Below, one piece after another: positions 1 to 9,207 of a stretch of 64,000 nucleotides of DNA. Position numbers and translations under genes: made by a program. The notes beneath the pieces were generated by a model that saw only the letters and a list, made by a program, of their open reading frames with translations, searched no databases and was not told the origin of the DNA. Within the stretch, counting starts at the first letter, position 1, and the number at the start of each line of letters is the position of its first letter. Source of the DNA: an uncultured bacterium. Its GTDB lineage: Bacteria > UBA8481. Where the stretch lies: the NCBI GenBank assembly GCA_964499705.1, contig CAZCME010000006.1, positions 62,001-126,000 of the forward strand. Reading direction: 5' to 3'.

Positions 1-711
1 GCCAGCTTCAACGCGATGGCCGCACGCATCGAGACGCTCATGACCGAAATGCGCAACACGAACGACAACATCGCGCACGATCTCCGGAGCCCCATCGCGC
101 GCATCCGCGCACAGGCGGAGTCCGCCATCGTCTCCCCGGATGCCTCCGGCGAAACCGCCGCCGCCCTCGGGGAAATCGTCGACGAATGCGACCGGCTCCT
201 GGAAATGATCAATACCATGCTGGATATCTCGGAGGCCGAAGCGGGCGCCTCGCGCATGACGCGGGAGACGGTGGACGCCGCCGTGATCGTCAGGGACGGC
301 GTGGAGATCTTTCAGCCGGCGGCGGACGAGAAGGAGATCCGTTTCGAATGCAGGGCGCCGGAGTCGCTGCCGTTCCGCGGCGACCGGAAGAAAATCCAGC
401 GGCTCCTCGCCAACCTGCTCGACAACGCCGTCAAGTATTCTCCGCGCGGTTCCTCGGTCGAAGTGACTCTGTCACGGGACGAGGGCCGGCTCGCGATTTC
501 CGTGCGGGACAGCGGCCCCGGTATCTCCGAATCCGACCGGGCTCGCCTCTTCGATCGCTTCTATCGCGGAGACGCCAGCCGCTCCGCGCCCGGCAACGGC
601 CTCGGCCTGAGTCTCGCGAAGGCTATCGTCGTCGCGCACGGCGGCGAGATCGGCGTCGATTCCCTGCCCGGCTCCGGAAGCCTCTTCACGGTCCGCCTTC
701 CGATCGATTGA
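1..711 (+). CDS. Sensor histidine kinase, 5'-truncated by window edge (end of HAMP, HisKA, HATPase_c)
   Basis: H-box IAHDLRSP, N-box NLLDNAVKY, G1 DSGPG, F-box LFDRFYR, G2 GNGLGL; frame is open from base 1. Confidence 0.95.
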   Translation, partial: ASFNAMAARIETLMTEMRNTNDNIAHDLRSPIARIRAQAESAIVSPDASGETAAALGEIVDECDRLLEMINTMLDISEAEAGASRMTRETVDAAVIVRDGVEIFQPAADEKEIRFECRAPESLPFRGDRKKIQRLLANLLDNAVKYSPRGSSVEVTLSRDEGRLAISVRDSGPGISESDRARLFDRFYRGDASRSAPGNGLGLSLAKAIVVAHGGEIGVDSLPGSGSLFTVRLPID

Positions 712-1335
712 CGCGCTCTTCTTTGTGATGATCGCCAGGCGGTAATTGAAGATGCCCAGGAGAGGAATGTTGATACGTTTGAACTCGACATTCCAGGCGT
801 CGTCGCTCGTGAAGACATCCACGTGCAGGCAGTGGTAGTAGAGAATCCTGATGTCGTGTCTGGCTTCGGTCAGCAACATTCGCTTGAAACGTTCCATCGT
901 GAGAGGACCGAACGGATTATAGAGATACACGAGCGTCGCTTCACGCGGGAACAGATCCATCGCGTTTCCACGGAGGATAGCGACGTTTCTGCTGTTTCCG
1001 AATCGCGCGCGCGTCTCCGCGGCGATCGAGGGATTGATCTCCACGCCGACGATCCGTCTCCCGGGATAACGTTTCAGCCACCAGGCAATGACCCTGCCCT
1101 TTCCGCACCCGATGTCGGCCAGGACTTCCTGTTCGCCGACATCAATATCATCGAAGATTCTCCGGAGCACGCTGTATTCCGTGCTTTCCGAGGCGCGCGC
1201 TTCGGCGTCTACCGGCGCGACGATTCCTGCCAGGGATTCGCCCACGTGCCGATAATCCTGCGCGATATTAAGCGGAGCCCTCAGGGCCTTGACAAGTTCG
1301 TGCAGAAAGCGCCGGATGGTTCTCGTGATGATCAC
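472..1335 (-). CDS. Class I SAM-dependent methyltransferase; C-terminal ~80 aa run antisense into the kinase gene
   Basis: DIGCGKG motif I, VGVEIN acidic motif, YLYNPF. Confidence 0.8.
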   Translation of the reverse strand: MIITRTIRRFLHELVKALRAPLNIAQDYRHVGESLAGIVAPVDAEARASESTEYSVLRRIFDDIDVGEQEVLADIGCGKGRVIAWWLKRYPGRRIVGVEINPSIAAETRARFGNSRNVAILRGNAMDLFPREATLVYLYNPFGPLTMERFKRMLLTEARHDIRILYYHCLHVDVFTSDDAWNVEFKRINIPLLGIFNYRLAIITKKSASIDRKADREEASGAGQGIDADLAAVRDDDSLRETQAEAVAGRGAAGVSAIEAIEEASPVGFGDTGAAVPHGNREPALVP

Positions 1336-1408
1336 GATCCCAGCATAGATGCTCCTCCCATGGTGGAACGTTACAGTCTTGCAATGTATCCTTTCTTCGT
1401 CATGATTT

Positions 1409-1448
1409 TCTCCGCCGCCATACCTTCCATGCGCTTCTCAGAGGCAGA
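1409..1448. repeat. Left copy of 40-bp direct repeat (39/40 identical to 2554-2593)
   Basis: tctccgccgccataccttccatgcgcttctcagaggcaga; on the minus strand it encodes LPLRSAWKVWRRR, followed by KS-stop. Confidence 0.9.
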
Positions 1449-1543
1449 GGCCATTTTCCACAAGCATCGATGGATTTTGCAAGCCGGCCTTCCATCGCTG
1501 ATGCTCCGTTGCGGTATCGTGCATTTTATGCTATTAATAACAC

Positions 1544-1900
1544 ATGGCTAAAGTTCTTCGAGGCCGCGCGGCGTCGTCCGTTCGGAAACGACGGCGCGCC
1601 GCCCGCGAATTGGCGACATGGATGAGATTGCTGCTCGAAGTTCGCGGCATGTCGATTTCGGAGCTTGCTCGGCGTTCGGGGCGCGACCGCGCGGACGTCT
1701 CTCGCTCGCTCGACGGCCGACGCGTCTGGGAATTCGATCGGATCAAGGATTACGCGGAAGCGCTCCTTCTCGAACCCCGCGACATTGTCGATGTCCCGCC
1801 GCGACCGGCTCGTGTGGATGCATTCCGAACGGTCTTTCGCCCCATCACCGAATGGGCCGTGGTTCGACCCTGGGACCGCGGCCTGTCCATTCGATTTTAG
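1544..1900 (+). CDS. XRE/Cro-like helix-turn-helix protein (putative antitoxin or regulator)
   Basis: GMSISELARRSGRDRADVSRSLDG HTH pattern; 3 nt upstream of the nucleotidyltransferase. Confidence 0.75.
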   Translation: MAKVLRGRAASSVRKRRRAARELATWMRLLLEVRGMSISELARRSGRDRADVSRSLDGRRVWEFDRIKDYAEALLLEPRDIVDVPPRPARVDAFRTVFRPITEWAVVRPWDRGLSIRF

Positions 1901-1903
1901 ACC

Positions 1904-2533
1904 GTGCGTTCTCCTTATCATCGGCTTCTTGAGGAGTTCAATCGCGCGAGCGTTCGTTATGTCCTCGTTGGCGTCGAAGGATTCAATCAATGGGTGCCGG
2001 ATGGACAACGCGCGCTGGAAACTACCGACATGGAAATGGCGATCGCCGATGACAGGCGAAATTGGGAGGCTCTTCTTGGCGCGATCGCCAGAGTTCGCGA
2101 CCCTGAGTCAGGAGAAAAATTCGTCGTTGTCGCGACGAATAGTCTCGAGGCGGAGCATATTGATATTTCCAGCCTGGCCAAGCGGCGCCGATGGGCAAGA
2201 TGGCTGTCCCTCAGAGGTTGGACACTGGTCATCGAAATGCCGAATTGGGGCTACCATGTCGAGACCGTCATCGACGTGAGCGGTTTTTCGTTCGAAGAGC
2301 TCGAAGAAGATTCCGTGGTCTTCGACCGCCGGACGGTTCCGATGCGCGTCGCCGCTCTTCATAAGATCCTCGAGTCCAAGCGCCTCGCGGGCCGGGAAAA
2401 GGACAAGGCGTTTTTCAAGCGGTATGCAAACCTGATCGACGCCGCCATCCGCTCCGCCAAAGCCCGGTCTCGCGGGTTGAAACCCGACTTGACGCCTCGT
2501 GAGGTCGGGCGCCGTAAGCCGCGGCTGAAGTGA
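1904..2533 (+). CDS. Minimal nucleotidyltransferase, AbiEii/DUF6036-like (putative toxin)
   Basis: YVLVG..., T.D.E acidic motif (ETTDME), C-terminal SK..AGREKD motif typical of this NTase group. Confidence 0.7.
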   Translation: MRSPYHRLLEEFNRASVRYVLVGVEGFNQWVPDGQRALETTDMEMAIADDRRNWEALLGAIARVRDPESGEKFVVVATNSLEAEHIDISSLAKRRRWARWLSLRGWTLVIEMPNWGYHVETVIDVSGFSFEELEEDSVVFDRRTVPMRVAALHKILESKRLAGREKDKAFFKRYANLIDAAIRSAKARSRGLKPDLTPREVGRRKPRLK

Positions 2534-2550
2534 TCCGCAGGAAGACGCTG

Positions 2551-3660
2551 TTATCTCCGCCGCCATGCCTTCCATGCGCTTCTCAGAGGCAGAAGCAGCG
2601 CATGCAGCAGTCCGCCGTACGCGGATCTCCTGAAGATGAGGCAGTCGCCTCTCTCCCGTAGATTCGATGTCCACTCCATCTTCCACGGGGCCGACGATCC
2701 GGTGATGTCGAATTCCCGCGCGCCGCGCCCGATCAGGTCGCGGACGATTTCGAACATGATGAGCTGACCTGGTCCACATTTGCGATAGGCCTCGTCGTAC
2801 GTCACTTTCGGCGAAAAATAGCGGCCCGCATGGAGGAAGCCATAATGCATCGCCACGACGCGGTCGCCGCAGCGGAGGAGATAGAGGGAGAGATATCCCC
2901 CTCGGGCCGCCGCTTCCGCCGCCATGTCATAGAAAAGCCTGGTCCGCTCCTCGCTGACGATCGATGTCTTCGCGCGGCCTTTCCATCCGCCGTGCTCGAG
3001 TTCGTAGAAGACGCGCAGGATTTCCGGATCCGCTCGATCGATCCGCTCCAGCCGGACCGGCCCCATCGCTTCAAGCTTGCGCATCTGGTTCCGGAGATTG
3101 CCCCGAAAGCTCGGCGTGGCGCGCGCGAGCACCGCGTCCACTCCGTCCTTCTTGTCCGGCAGGAGGATATACGGGCTCGGGGAGCCGGGCTTCAATCCGG
3201 CGGGATGACCGTCCCGGCGCGCAAGCGCCAGCAGTCCTTCCGCGGCAGTGCCACGCGGAACATTCTGAAGTTCGATGATGTCCCAGCCTCGCAGCGTCCT
3301 CAGGAAATTCCAGAGCTCCTGCTGGATCTTTGCAAGATCGCCGCCGGCGCCGTGGATGACGTTGTATCGGACGGAATGGCCGTTCGTCAGGCTATGGATG
3401 GTCCGCGCCGGCAACGGTCCGCGCCACGTCAATTCGAAACCGACCGGCAGCACGGCGCGCAGTCGCCCTTCCTCACGCAGCAGGACGAGGCATATTTCAC
3501 ATCCCGGCCGGAACGCCCGCGCCTGTGCGACAAACCATTCAGGCCGATAGAAGGGCTCGTCGCAGGGACCTTCCGACGCAAGCGAGCTCCACTCGTCCTT
3601 TATAGACTCGATGATCTCCACGCCGCCCCGCTTCATCTCGACCGAGAACGAGGATGTCAT
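2551..3660 (-). CDS. GNAT family acyltransferase (CelD/BcsL, FemAB-like)
   Basis: PFYRPEW, C-terminal GPGQLIM...REFDITGSSAPWKMEW; ATG at 3660 overlaps the upstream stop (ATGA); ORF-track start at 4422 is an overextension. Confidence 0.85.
   Translation of the reverse strand: MTSSFSVEMKRGGVEIIESIKDEWSSLASEGPCDEPFYRPEWFVAQARAFRPGCEICLVLLREEGRLRAVLPVGFELTWRGPLPARTIHSLTNGHSVRYNVIHGAGGDLAKIQQELWNFLRTLRGWDIIELQNVPRGTAAEGLLALARRDGHPAGLKPGSPSPYILLPDKKDGVDAVLARATPSFRGNLRNQMRKLEAMGPVRLERIDRADPEILRVFYELEHGGWKGRAKTSIVSEERTRLFYDMAAEAAARGGYLSLYLLRCGDRVVAMHYGFLHAGRYFSPKVTYDEAYRKCGPGQLIMFEIVRDLIGRGAREFDITGSSAPWKMEWTSNLRERGDCLIFRRSAYGGLLHALLLPLRSAWKAWRRR
2554..2593. repeat. Right copy of 40-bp direct repeat, forming the last 13 codons of the GNAT gene
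   Basis: tctccgccgccatgccttccatgcgcttctcagaggcaga. Confidence 0.9.
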
Positions 3661-4379
3661 CGAGGAGGACGACGGCAGATGAAATAAGGAGCCATGTCGA
3701 GAAGTCCGATAAGCGAAAGAGAGCGGACCCAACGGAATTTCCGCATCGTGACGATCTCTTCCAGTTGAAAACCGACCCGCTCCAGGGCTTCCTTCTCGCC
3801 GGCCGGCGTCGTCGCGTAGCGCAGGACCGCTCCGAACTCGGACCTGTTCTCCACGTAGGACCGCTCGCGGTCGCGGAAAATCACGCGGGCGAAGGGAAGA
3901 ATGTTCCGGGGTCTGCGGGGAAGAAAACGCGACATGGAGCTGAAGATGAAGAGGCCTCCGGGCCGGACGACGCGCCATATTTCGCGCATGGCTTCGATCC
4001 GTTTCGCGTACGGGTGAATGTAGTCGATCCCGTTCGCGGAAAAGACGACGACGTCGAAGGAATAGGGCTGGAACGCGAGCGAAACGGCGTCCATCGTGAA
4101 ATAGCGGGATGCTCCCGCGGTCGCTTTCGCGGCGGCGACCATGCCGAAGGAGTAATCCATCGCAACGACGGAGAGAGGACGCGATTCGAAATATCGCGTC
4201 GTGCGCCCCGCGCCGCAGCCGATATCGAGGAGCCGCGAGCCTGGCGGTATCCGGGAGAAGGCGATCTCCTCGCGCTCGTTCACACCCTCCCGACGATAGT
4301 GATCGACCGCGAGCGGCGTCTCGAACGCCCGCTGATTCCGGGCCGCGTGGTTCTCCCCGGACATGTCCGGTTTCTTCAC
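3657..4379 (-). CDS. Class I SAM-dependent methyltransferase (Methyltransf_11-like)
   Basis: LLDIGCGAGRT, MDYSFGM, SFDVV, RVVRPGGLF; GTG at 4379 overlaps the flippase stop (alternative ATG 4364). Confidence 0.85.
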   Translation of the reverse strand: MKKPDMSGENHAARNQRAFETPLAVDHYRREGVNEREEIAFSRIPPGSRLLDIGCGAGRTTRYFESRPLSVVAMDYSFGMVAAAKATAGASRYFTMDAVSLAFQPYSFDVVVFSANGIDYIHPYAKRIEAMREIWRVVRPGGLFIFSSMSRFLPRRPRNILPFARVIFRDRERSYVENRSEFGAVLRYATTPAGEKEALERVGFQLEEIVTMRKFRWVRSLSLIGLLDMAPYFICRRPPR

Positions 4380-5962
4380 GGAAGCTCGCTCCGGCCGGAA
4401 ACCGCGGATTCCCGGAGGACATGGCGGACGAGAAGCGCGTGCGCCGCCGGGCTCATCTGCCTCACGATGCTCATCTCCTGCTCGCTGAACCTGTGAAGCC
4501 GGAGCGTCAAGTAGGAGACGACCACCGCGTAAAGAGCGCCGGATCCGACAAGAGCGAAGACGTTCGTGCATCCGAGAAGGAGAGTCCCGATGCCGGCCAG
4601 GCTTGAAATCAATATGAGTTGGAGGAAGAACGCGGCGGGGAGTCGGACTCCGATATGTTTCCGCGCGATTCCGTATTCGAAGAGCGAAGAGAGGAATTTC
4701 GTGCCGCCCGTGGAGATCACCGCGCCGATCGCGCCGTAGCGGGGAATGAGGAGGATATTCAGGAGGAGGTTGGCGATGCCGTTCGCGCCGCGTATGAAAA
4801 GATAGGTTTTCTCCATCCGCAGGGGAAACGTGACATACACCGAAACCTTGCCGCCGAGAACGATCCCGAAGACGGTGAAGAGCGAGAAGGCCACGATGAG
4901 GGGCCTGCATCCCATGTAGGCATCCGTGTAGAAGATCCGGATGATGTTCTCCGCGTGGATCACGAGAAAAACATAGATGGGGACGGAGAGGAACGCGGAG
5001 ACCTTCGTCAGGAACGTCCAGGCATCGCGGAGCCCATCCATCCCGAATCGCGCGTGAGCCTCGGAGAAGATCGGCACGACGAGAAGCTGGACGACGGCCA
5101 GCAGGACGGAGCCGCCGGTGATCGCGAGCAGGTAGGCGATTTCGTAATAGGCGACGCTCGCGGAGTCGTGGACGTAGTAGAGAATCATGAAGATGTCGAT
5201 GCTCTTCAGCCGGAAGAACTGCAGGCTGTTGGCCAGCCACATGAGCGCGCCGAATCGCGCGACGCGACGGAGATCCATGGCGACGGGCGCGGTCAGGAAG
5301 ATTTCGCGGGATCGGAATCCATAACCGACGAGCTGGCTTCCGTGCACGATCATCATCAGGACGATGAGGTGCGGAACGGTCATGGTCCCCGTGAAGATCA
5401 TCGCGGCGACGCCGGCGAACTGGACGACGGAGACGAAAACTTCGACGGCGGAGTAGAAACGCATGTCCAGTCTCGCCATCACCATGAAAATGAAAGGATC
5501 CATGAGACTCCGGATGATGAACCATGCCGAGATCGCGAGCATGTTCTCCGCGATCCCGGCGCTCCCGATCGTGTCGGCGAACGGTTTCGCGAAGAGATGG
5601 ACAAGGACGAGGATGACCGCCATCAGAAGGAGCCTGCAGAAAAGGACACGGCGCATCATGTAGCTCAGTTCGCCGGGTTTCTGTTCCGCCTGGAGCCGGG
5701 GCAGCCAGGTGGAGATGATGGGCTGCGAACCCATCTCCGAGAACATCATCAGCATGTCGAGCATGCTGCCGATGGCGGCGTAGACTCCGTAGTTCTCGAC
5801 GCCGAGCGATCGGGCGACCATGATGGAGACGGCGAAGCAGATGAAGGTTCGGGCCGACATGCCGAACTGGCCCCAGAGCAGGCCGCTCAATGCCTTCCGG
5901 CCGAATCCGGTCCTGGAGTCCGTCGTCACGATCCGTCCGGCCTCAGGACGGGACCTTTCCAT
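4376..5962 (-). CDS. Wzx-type oligosaccharide flippase
   Basis: About 12-14 hydrophobic segments, ARSLGVENYG, LLIPRYGAIGA motif of MOP-family flippases. Confidence 0.9.
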   Translation of the reverse strand: MERSRPEAGRIVTTDSRTGFGRKALSGLLWGQFGMSARTFICFAVSIMVARSLGVENYGVYAAIGSMLDMLMMFSEMGSQPIISTWLPRLQAEQKPGELSYMMRRVLFCRLLLMAVILVLVHLFAKPFADTIGSAGIAENMLAISAWFIIRSLMDPFIFMVMARLDMRFYSAVEVFVSVVQFAGVAAMIFTGTMTVPHLIVLMMIVHGSQLVGYGFRSREIFLTAPVAMDLRRVARFGALMWLANSLQFFRLKSIDIFMILYYVHDSASVAYYEIAYLLAITGGSVLLAVVQLLVVPIFSEAHARFGMDGLRDAWTFLTKVSAFLSVPIYVFLVIHAENIIRIFYTDAYMGCRPLIVAFSLFTVFGIVLGGKVSVYVTFPLRMEKTYLFIRGANGIANLLLNILLIPRYGAIGAVISTGGTKFLSSLFEYGIARKHIGVRLPAAFFLQLILISSLAGIGTLLLGCTNVFALVGSGALYAVVVSYLTLRLHRFSEQEMSIVRQMSPAAHALLVRHVLRESAVSGRSELP

Positions 5963-7217
5963 CGTCGTGTGTCAGGTTCATGCCGCGCATCAAGTTCATG
6001 TGAATCCTGAATTTTCCGTTCAGGATCTTCCGGAGAAGGAGGATGACCTTTCCGAAGACGTAGGCGAGCGCGGGCATCGGATCCCTCCAGCTGAAAATGG
6101 CGTGCGTCTTCGAACCCCGGATCGACCGGATCCATTCCGGAATCGTCAGCTCGCCCCACTTCCACATGTAGAACGACGCGCGGATGTCGCTGACAGTCTG
6201 GATCCACTTGCGCCCTGTGTGACGCTGCGTGCGGTTCTCCGGAAGCGGCAGGCCGGCCTTGTCGCAGTACTTCGTCAGGAGAAGCTCCACGCCGCAGTCC
6301 TCGGCGAGCATGGAGCGGCCGGTGCCGCGTCCGATATTCGCCTCGATGACGAAATACTCGCCCGTCCGGTCGTCGCGTTTCATCTCGAGGTATCCAAGCC
6401 CGTGAAATCCGGGAACTCCCGTGAAGAGCCGCAATCCCTCCCGCAAAACGACATCGTCCCGGCATTCCTGGCCCAGACTCGTGTTGCCGATTCCCGGAGG
6501 CCACTGCCGCAGCTTTTTCGAGACGAACGTCGCGAGCGGTTTCGATCGGGCGTCGAAATAGCCGATGAACGAATAAAGCGAATCGTCCCCGCCGCTCACC
6601 CATTCCTGCACAATGAAATTTTCCGCCATGTCCCGGCACTGATCGTAGATTCCGAGAAATTCATCCCTCGTGGAGATCCTGTGCGCCTTGATGCCGAAAT
6701 AGGATTCGAGCCAAACGGCCGTCTTCACGGACGGCTTCAGGATGCACGGGAATCGGGCCTCGTCGAGAATCTTTTCCGCGTCTTCCCGCGAGGAGATGTG
6801 AAAAGTCCGCGGCACGAGGAAGCCGTTCTTCTGCGCGTGCCGGTGGAAGAGCGACTTGTCCGTCAGCATCTCCAGCATGTCATGCGGGGGCACGGCGATG
6901 TGAAAATAAGGCGCCAGCACCGCGCGATCGCGGGAGATGATATGCACGGTCTCGTCCCATGCTGGAAACAGGACGGCCTTCCGCGTCAGAGTCGAGCCGA
7001 ATTCAACGAGAGCGCGGGTCATCGCGTCGTTTCCGGCGTCGATATCCGTCCTGATGATCCGGCGGGGAGTGTTCGTCCTGCAGGCCCATGTCGTCGGATC
7101 CTTGACGACTCCCACGACGGGAACGCCACGCCACGCCAGGAGCCGCGCGGTCTGGAGCCCGGTTTCATTTTCCATTCCCAGGACGATTCCGCAGGGCTTC
7201 TCCTTGTCCAGGATCAC
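5943..7217 (-). CDS. ATP-grasp carboxylate-amine ligase (D-aspartate ligase-like); start uncertain
   Basis: DKSLF, FPCILKP, IVQEWVSGG, KLRQWPPGIG, EMKRDDRTG..VIEANIGR. Confidence 0.8.
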   Translation of the reverse strand: MILDKEKPCGIVLGMENETGLQTARLLAWRGVPVVGVVKDPTTWACRTNTPRRIIRTDIDAGNDAMTRALVEFGSTLTRKAVLFPAWDETVHIISRDRAVLAPYFHIAVPPHDMLEMLTDKSLFHRHAQKNGFLVPRTFHISSREDAEKILDEARFPCILKPSVKTAVWLESYFGIKAHRISTRDEFLGIYDQCRDMAENFIVQEWVSGGDDSLYSFIGYFDARSKPLATFVSKKLRQWPPGIGNTSLGQECRDDVVLREGLRLFTGVPGFHGLGYLEMKRDDRTGEYFVIEANIGRGTGRSMLAEDCGVELLLTKYCDKAGLPLPENRTQRHTGRKWIQTVSDIRASFYMWKWGELTIPEWIRSIRGSKTHAIFSWRDPMPALAYVFGKVILLLRKILNGKFRIHMNLMRGMNLTHDDGKVPS

Positions 7218-7404
7218 CGCAGGTACCCGGCTCGATGCGCTCGCGTCATGATCGCCATGATGAATTCCCCTGGATTTGCGAAGGTTGAACCACCTGAGGT
7301 AAATGTATAACCTCGGAGCGATTGAGTCAAAATCGGAAATGCCCCGGATGGGGCTTCCAGCGCGGATTGAACCGCGCCGGACGAATGCGCAGGAGGAGAA
7401 AACC

Positions 7405-7881
7405 ATGGAACCTAACGTTGTCTTCGAGGATCGATACTACGAGGTGATCGCTCCCCGATCTCCGTATAACTGCAGGGACGACGGAGGACATCTCATCCTC
7501 ATCAAGAAAGTTCCGGTACACGACAGGTCGGACCTGACGTGGCAGGAGGCGCTCGATTTCATGCGCATCTCCATGGCCGTCGGGCGCGCGATGTACGAAG
7601 TCGTCGGAGTGGAACGGATGAACTACGAAGATCTTGGCAACTGGGGACTCGACAGGCCCGGCGGATCGGTGATGCATCTTCACTTCATCGGCCGCGCGAA
7701 AGTGCAGATCCACCAGATCCGCGGCCACCATCTCGCGATCATGCCGCAGGGGCATCCGATCTACAGCGGCCACCTGAAGCCTTTCACGACCGAGGATGTT
7801 CTCGTCCTGCGAGCCAGGGTCGCGGATATTCTCCAGGAAGAAAAATACAGGCGGATGGCGGAGATGGCCGAAGTCGACTGA
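7405..7881 (+). CDS. HIT-family nucleotide hydrolase
   Basis: GHLILI, NY..LGN, variant triad VMHLHFIGR; strong RBS AGGAGG upstream of ATG 7405. Confidence 0.75.
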   Translation: MEPNVVFEDRYYEVIAPRSPYNCRDDGGHLILIKKVPVHDRSDLTWQEALDFMRISMAVGRAMYEVVGVERMNYEDLGNWGLDRPGGSVMHLHFIGRAKVQIHQIRGHHLAIMPQGHPIYSGHLKPFTTEDVLVLRARVADILQEEKYRRMAEMAEVD

Positions 7882-7962
7882 CGCGCGGCCTCTTTTTCCA
7901 GCCGCTTTCAACATTGCAACACTGTAACGTTGTCCCGCTCATCGCCGGGCTATGCTGGCGCG

Positions 7963-9165
7963 GTGAGCACGACAAAAAAGAAGATCGCGGTCCTTCATAT
8001 CCTCGCGCATTTGACCGCCTGGGACGGCATCTCCGCCATTCTTGACGTCCTCTTCCGAGGCCTGGATCCGGACCGCTTCCGTCTCGGGATCTGCACGTTG
8101 ACCGAGCGCGAGGACGAGGTCCTCGACGCCTTCCGCTCGCCCGCCATAGAGTTGTTCGCGCTGGGGCGTTCCGCTCATGCATTCGATCCGGCCACGACAG
8201 GCGCGGTTCTTTCCGTCCTTCGCCGATTCCGCGCCGACATCGTCCACACTCATCGAAACAAGGGCAATTACCATGGTCGCGTCGCCGGCCGGCTGGCCGG
8301 CAACGTCCGCATCGTGACCACGCATCACGATATGAAGGACGCGCGATTTTCGCCGCATGCCTACGCGCGGGAAGCCATGCGACGCGACGAACGGGAAGTG
8401 CATGATTCCCCGCCCGATTTCGCCGCGCGCTGTCTCTACCCCTGGCTTAACGTGCGCATGAACCGCTGGAACGACCGGGTCATCGCGGTCTCGCAGGCCT
8501 GCCGCGATCTCCACGCTCCCGATCCGGACGATCCCCGATTCGAAATCGTTCATGCTCCCTTCGACGAACTCGCGTTTCGTCCCGAGCACCATCGCGGCAG
8601 CGGCGCGGGTTGCGTCCTCGGATCCGTGGGGCGCCTGAATTCGCCGAAGGGTCACCGTCATCTCGTCGAGGCCATGAAGAAGGTCATCGCGATTCGTCCC
8701 GAGGCGCGTCTTTCCATCATCGGCGAGGGGCCGTGCAGGAAGGATCTGGAACGCCTCATCCGCGCGGGCGGCCTCGCACCGCGCGTGGAGCTTCGAGGCG
8801 CTCTCCCGCACGGGATCGCGATGCACGAGGGCATCGACATTCTTGTCCATCCTTCCATTTCGGAAGGAGGATGCGCGCTGGCGGTGCTGGAAGCCATGGG
8901 CTCCGGACTCCCGGTCATCATGTCCGACCTGCGGAGCCTGCGCGAAATCTTCGAGGATGTTCCGGATCCGCCCGCCGTCTTCGTTCCTCCGGCTGACCCG
9001 GCCGCGCTCGCCGATGCCATCGTCCGGCTCCTCGACAATCCCGCGCGCGCGACCGCGATCGGCCTTGAGGCTTCACGACATGTCCATCGGCATTTCACCT
9101 CGCGGATCCATGTCGAGCGCATGACGCGCCTCTACGAAAAGCTCGCGGAGCCGCGATCTTCCTGA
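7963..9165 (+). CDS. Glycosyltransferase family 4 (GT-B)
   Basis: DIVHTH, VIAVS, VGRL..PKG, EG..LAVLEAMGSGLPVI. Confidence 0.9.
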   Translation: MSTTKKKIAVLHILAHLTAWDGISAILDVLFRGLDPDRFRLGICTLTEREDEVLDAFRSPAIELFALGRSAHAFDPATTGAVLSVLRRFRADIVHTHRNKGNYHGRVAGRLAGNVRIVTTHHDMKDARFSPHAYAREAMRRDEREVHDSPPDFAARCLYPWLNVRMNRWNDRVIAVSQACRDLHAPDPDDPRFEIVHAPFDELAFRPEHHRGSGAGCVLGSVGRLNSPKGHRHLVEAMKKVIAIRPEARLSIIGEGPCRKDLERLIRAGGLAPRVELRGALPHGIAMHEGIDILVHPSISEGGCALAVLEAMGSGLPVIMSDLRSLREIFEDVPDPPAVFVPPADPAALADAIVRLLDNPARATAIGLEASRHVHRHFTSRIHVERMTRLYEKLAEPRSS

Positions 9166-9207
9166 ACGGACGCCGGAGCATGACGGGCAAAGACACCCCC
9201 TTCGCGG

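Noticed and set aside
1509-1543. Sigma-70 promoter or leaderless start for the HTH gene (TTGCGG-N17-TATTAA)
   Set aside because: Plausible, but both hexamers match consensus weakly and alternative -10 placements conflict; not called
2551-5525. 623-aa and 622-aa ORFs as single proteins
   Set aside because: Their N-terminal parts are out-of-frame overlaps with upstream genes; the real genes start at stop/start overlaps (3660 and 4379)
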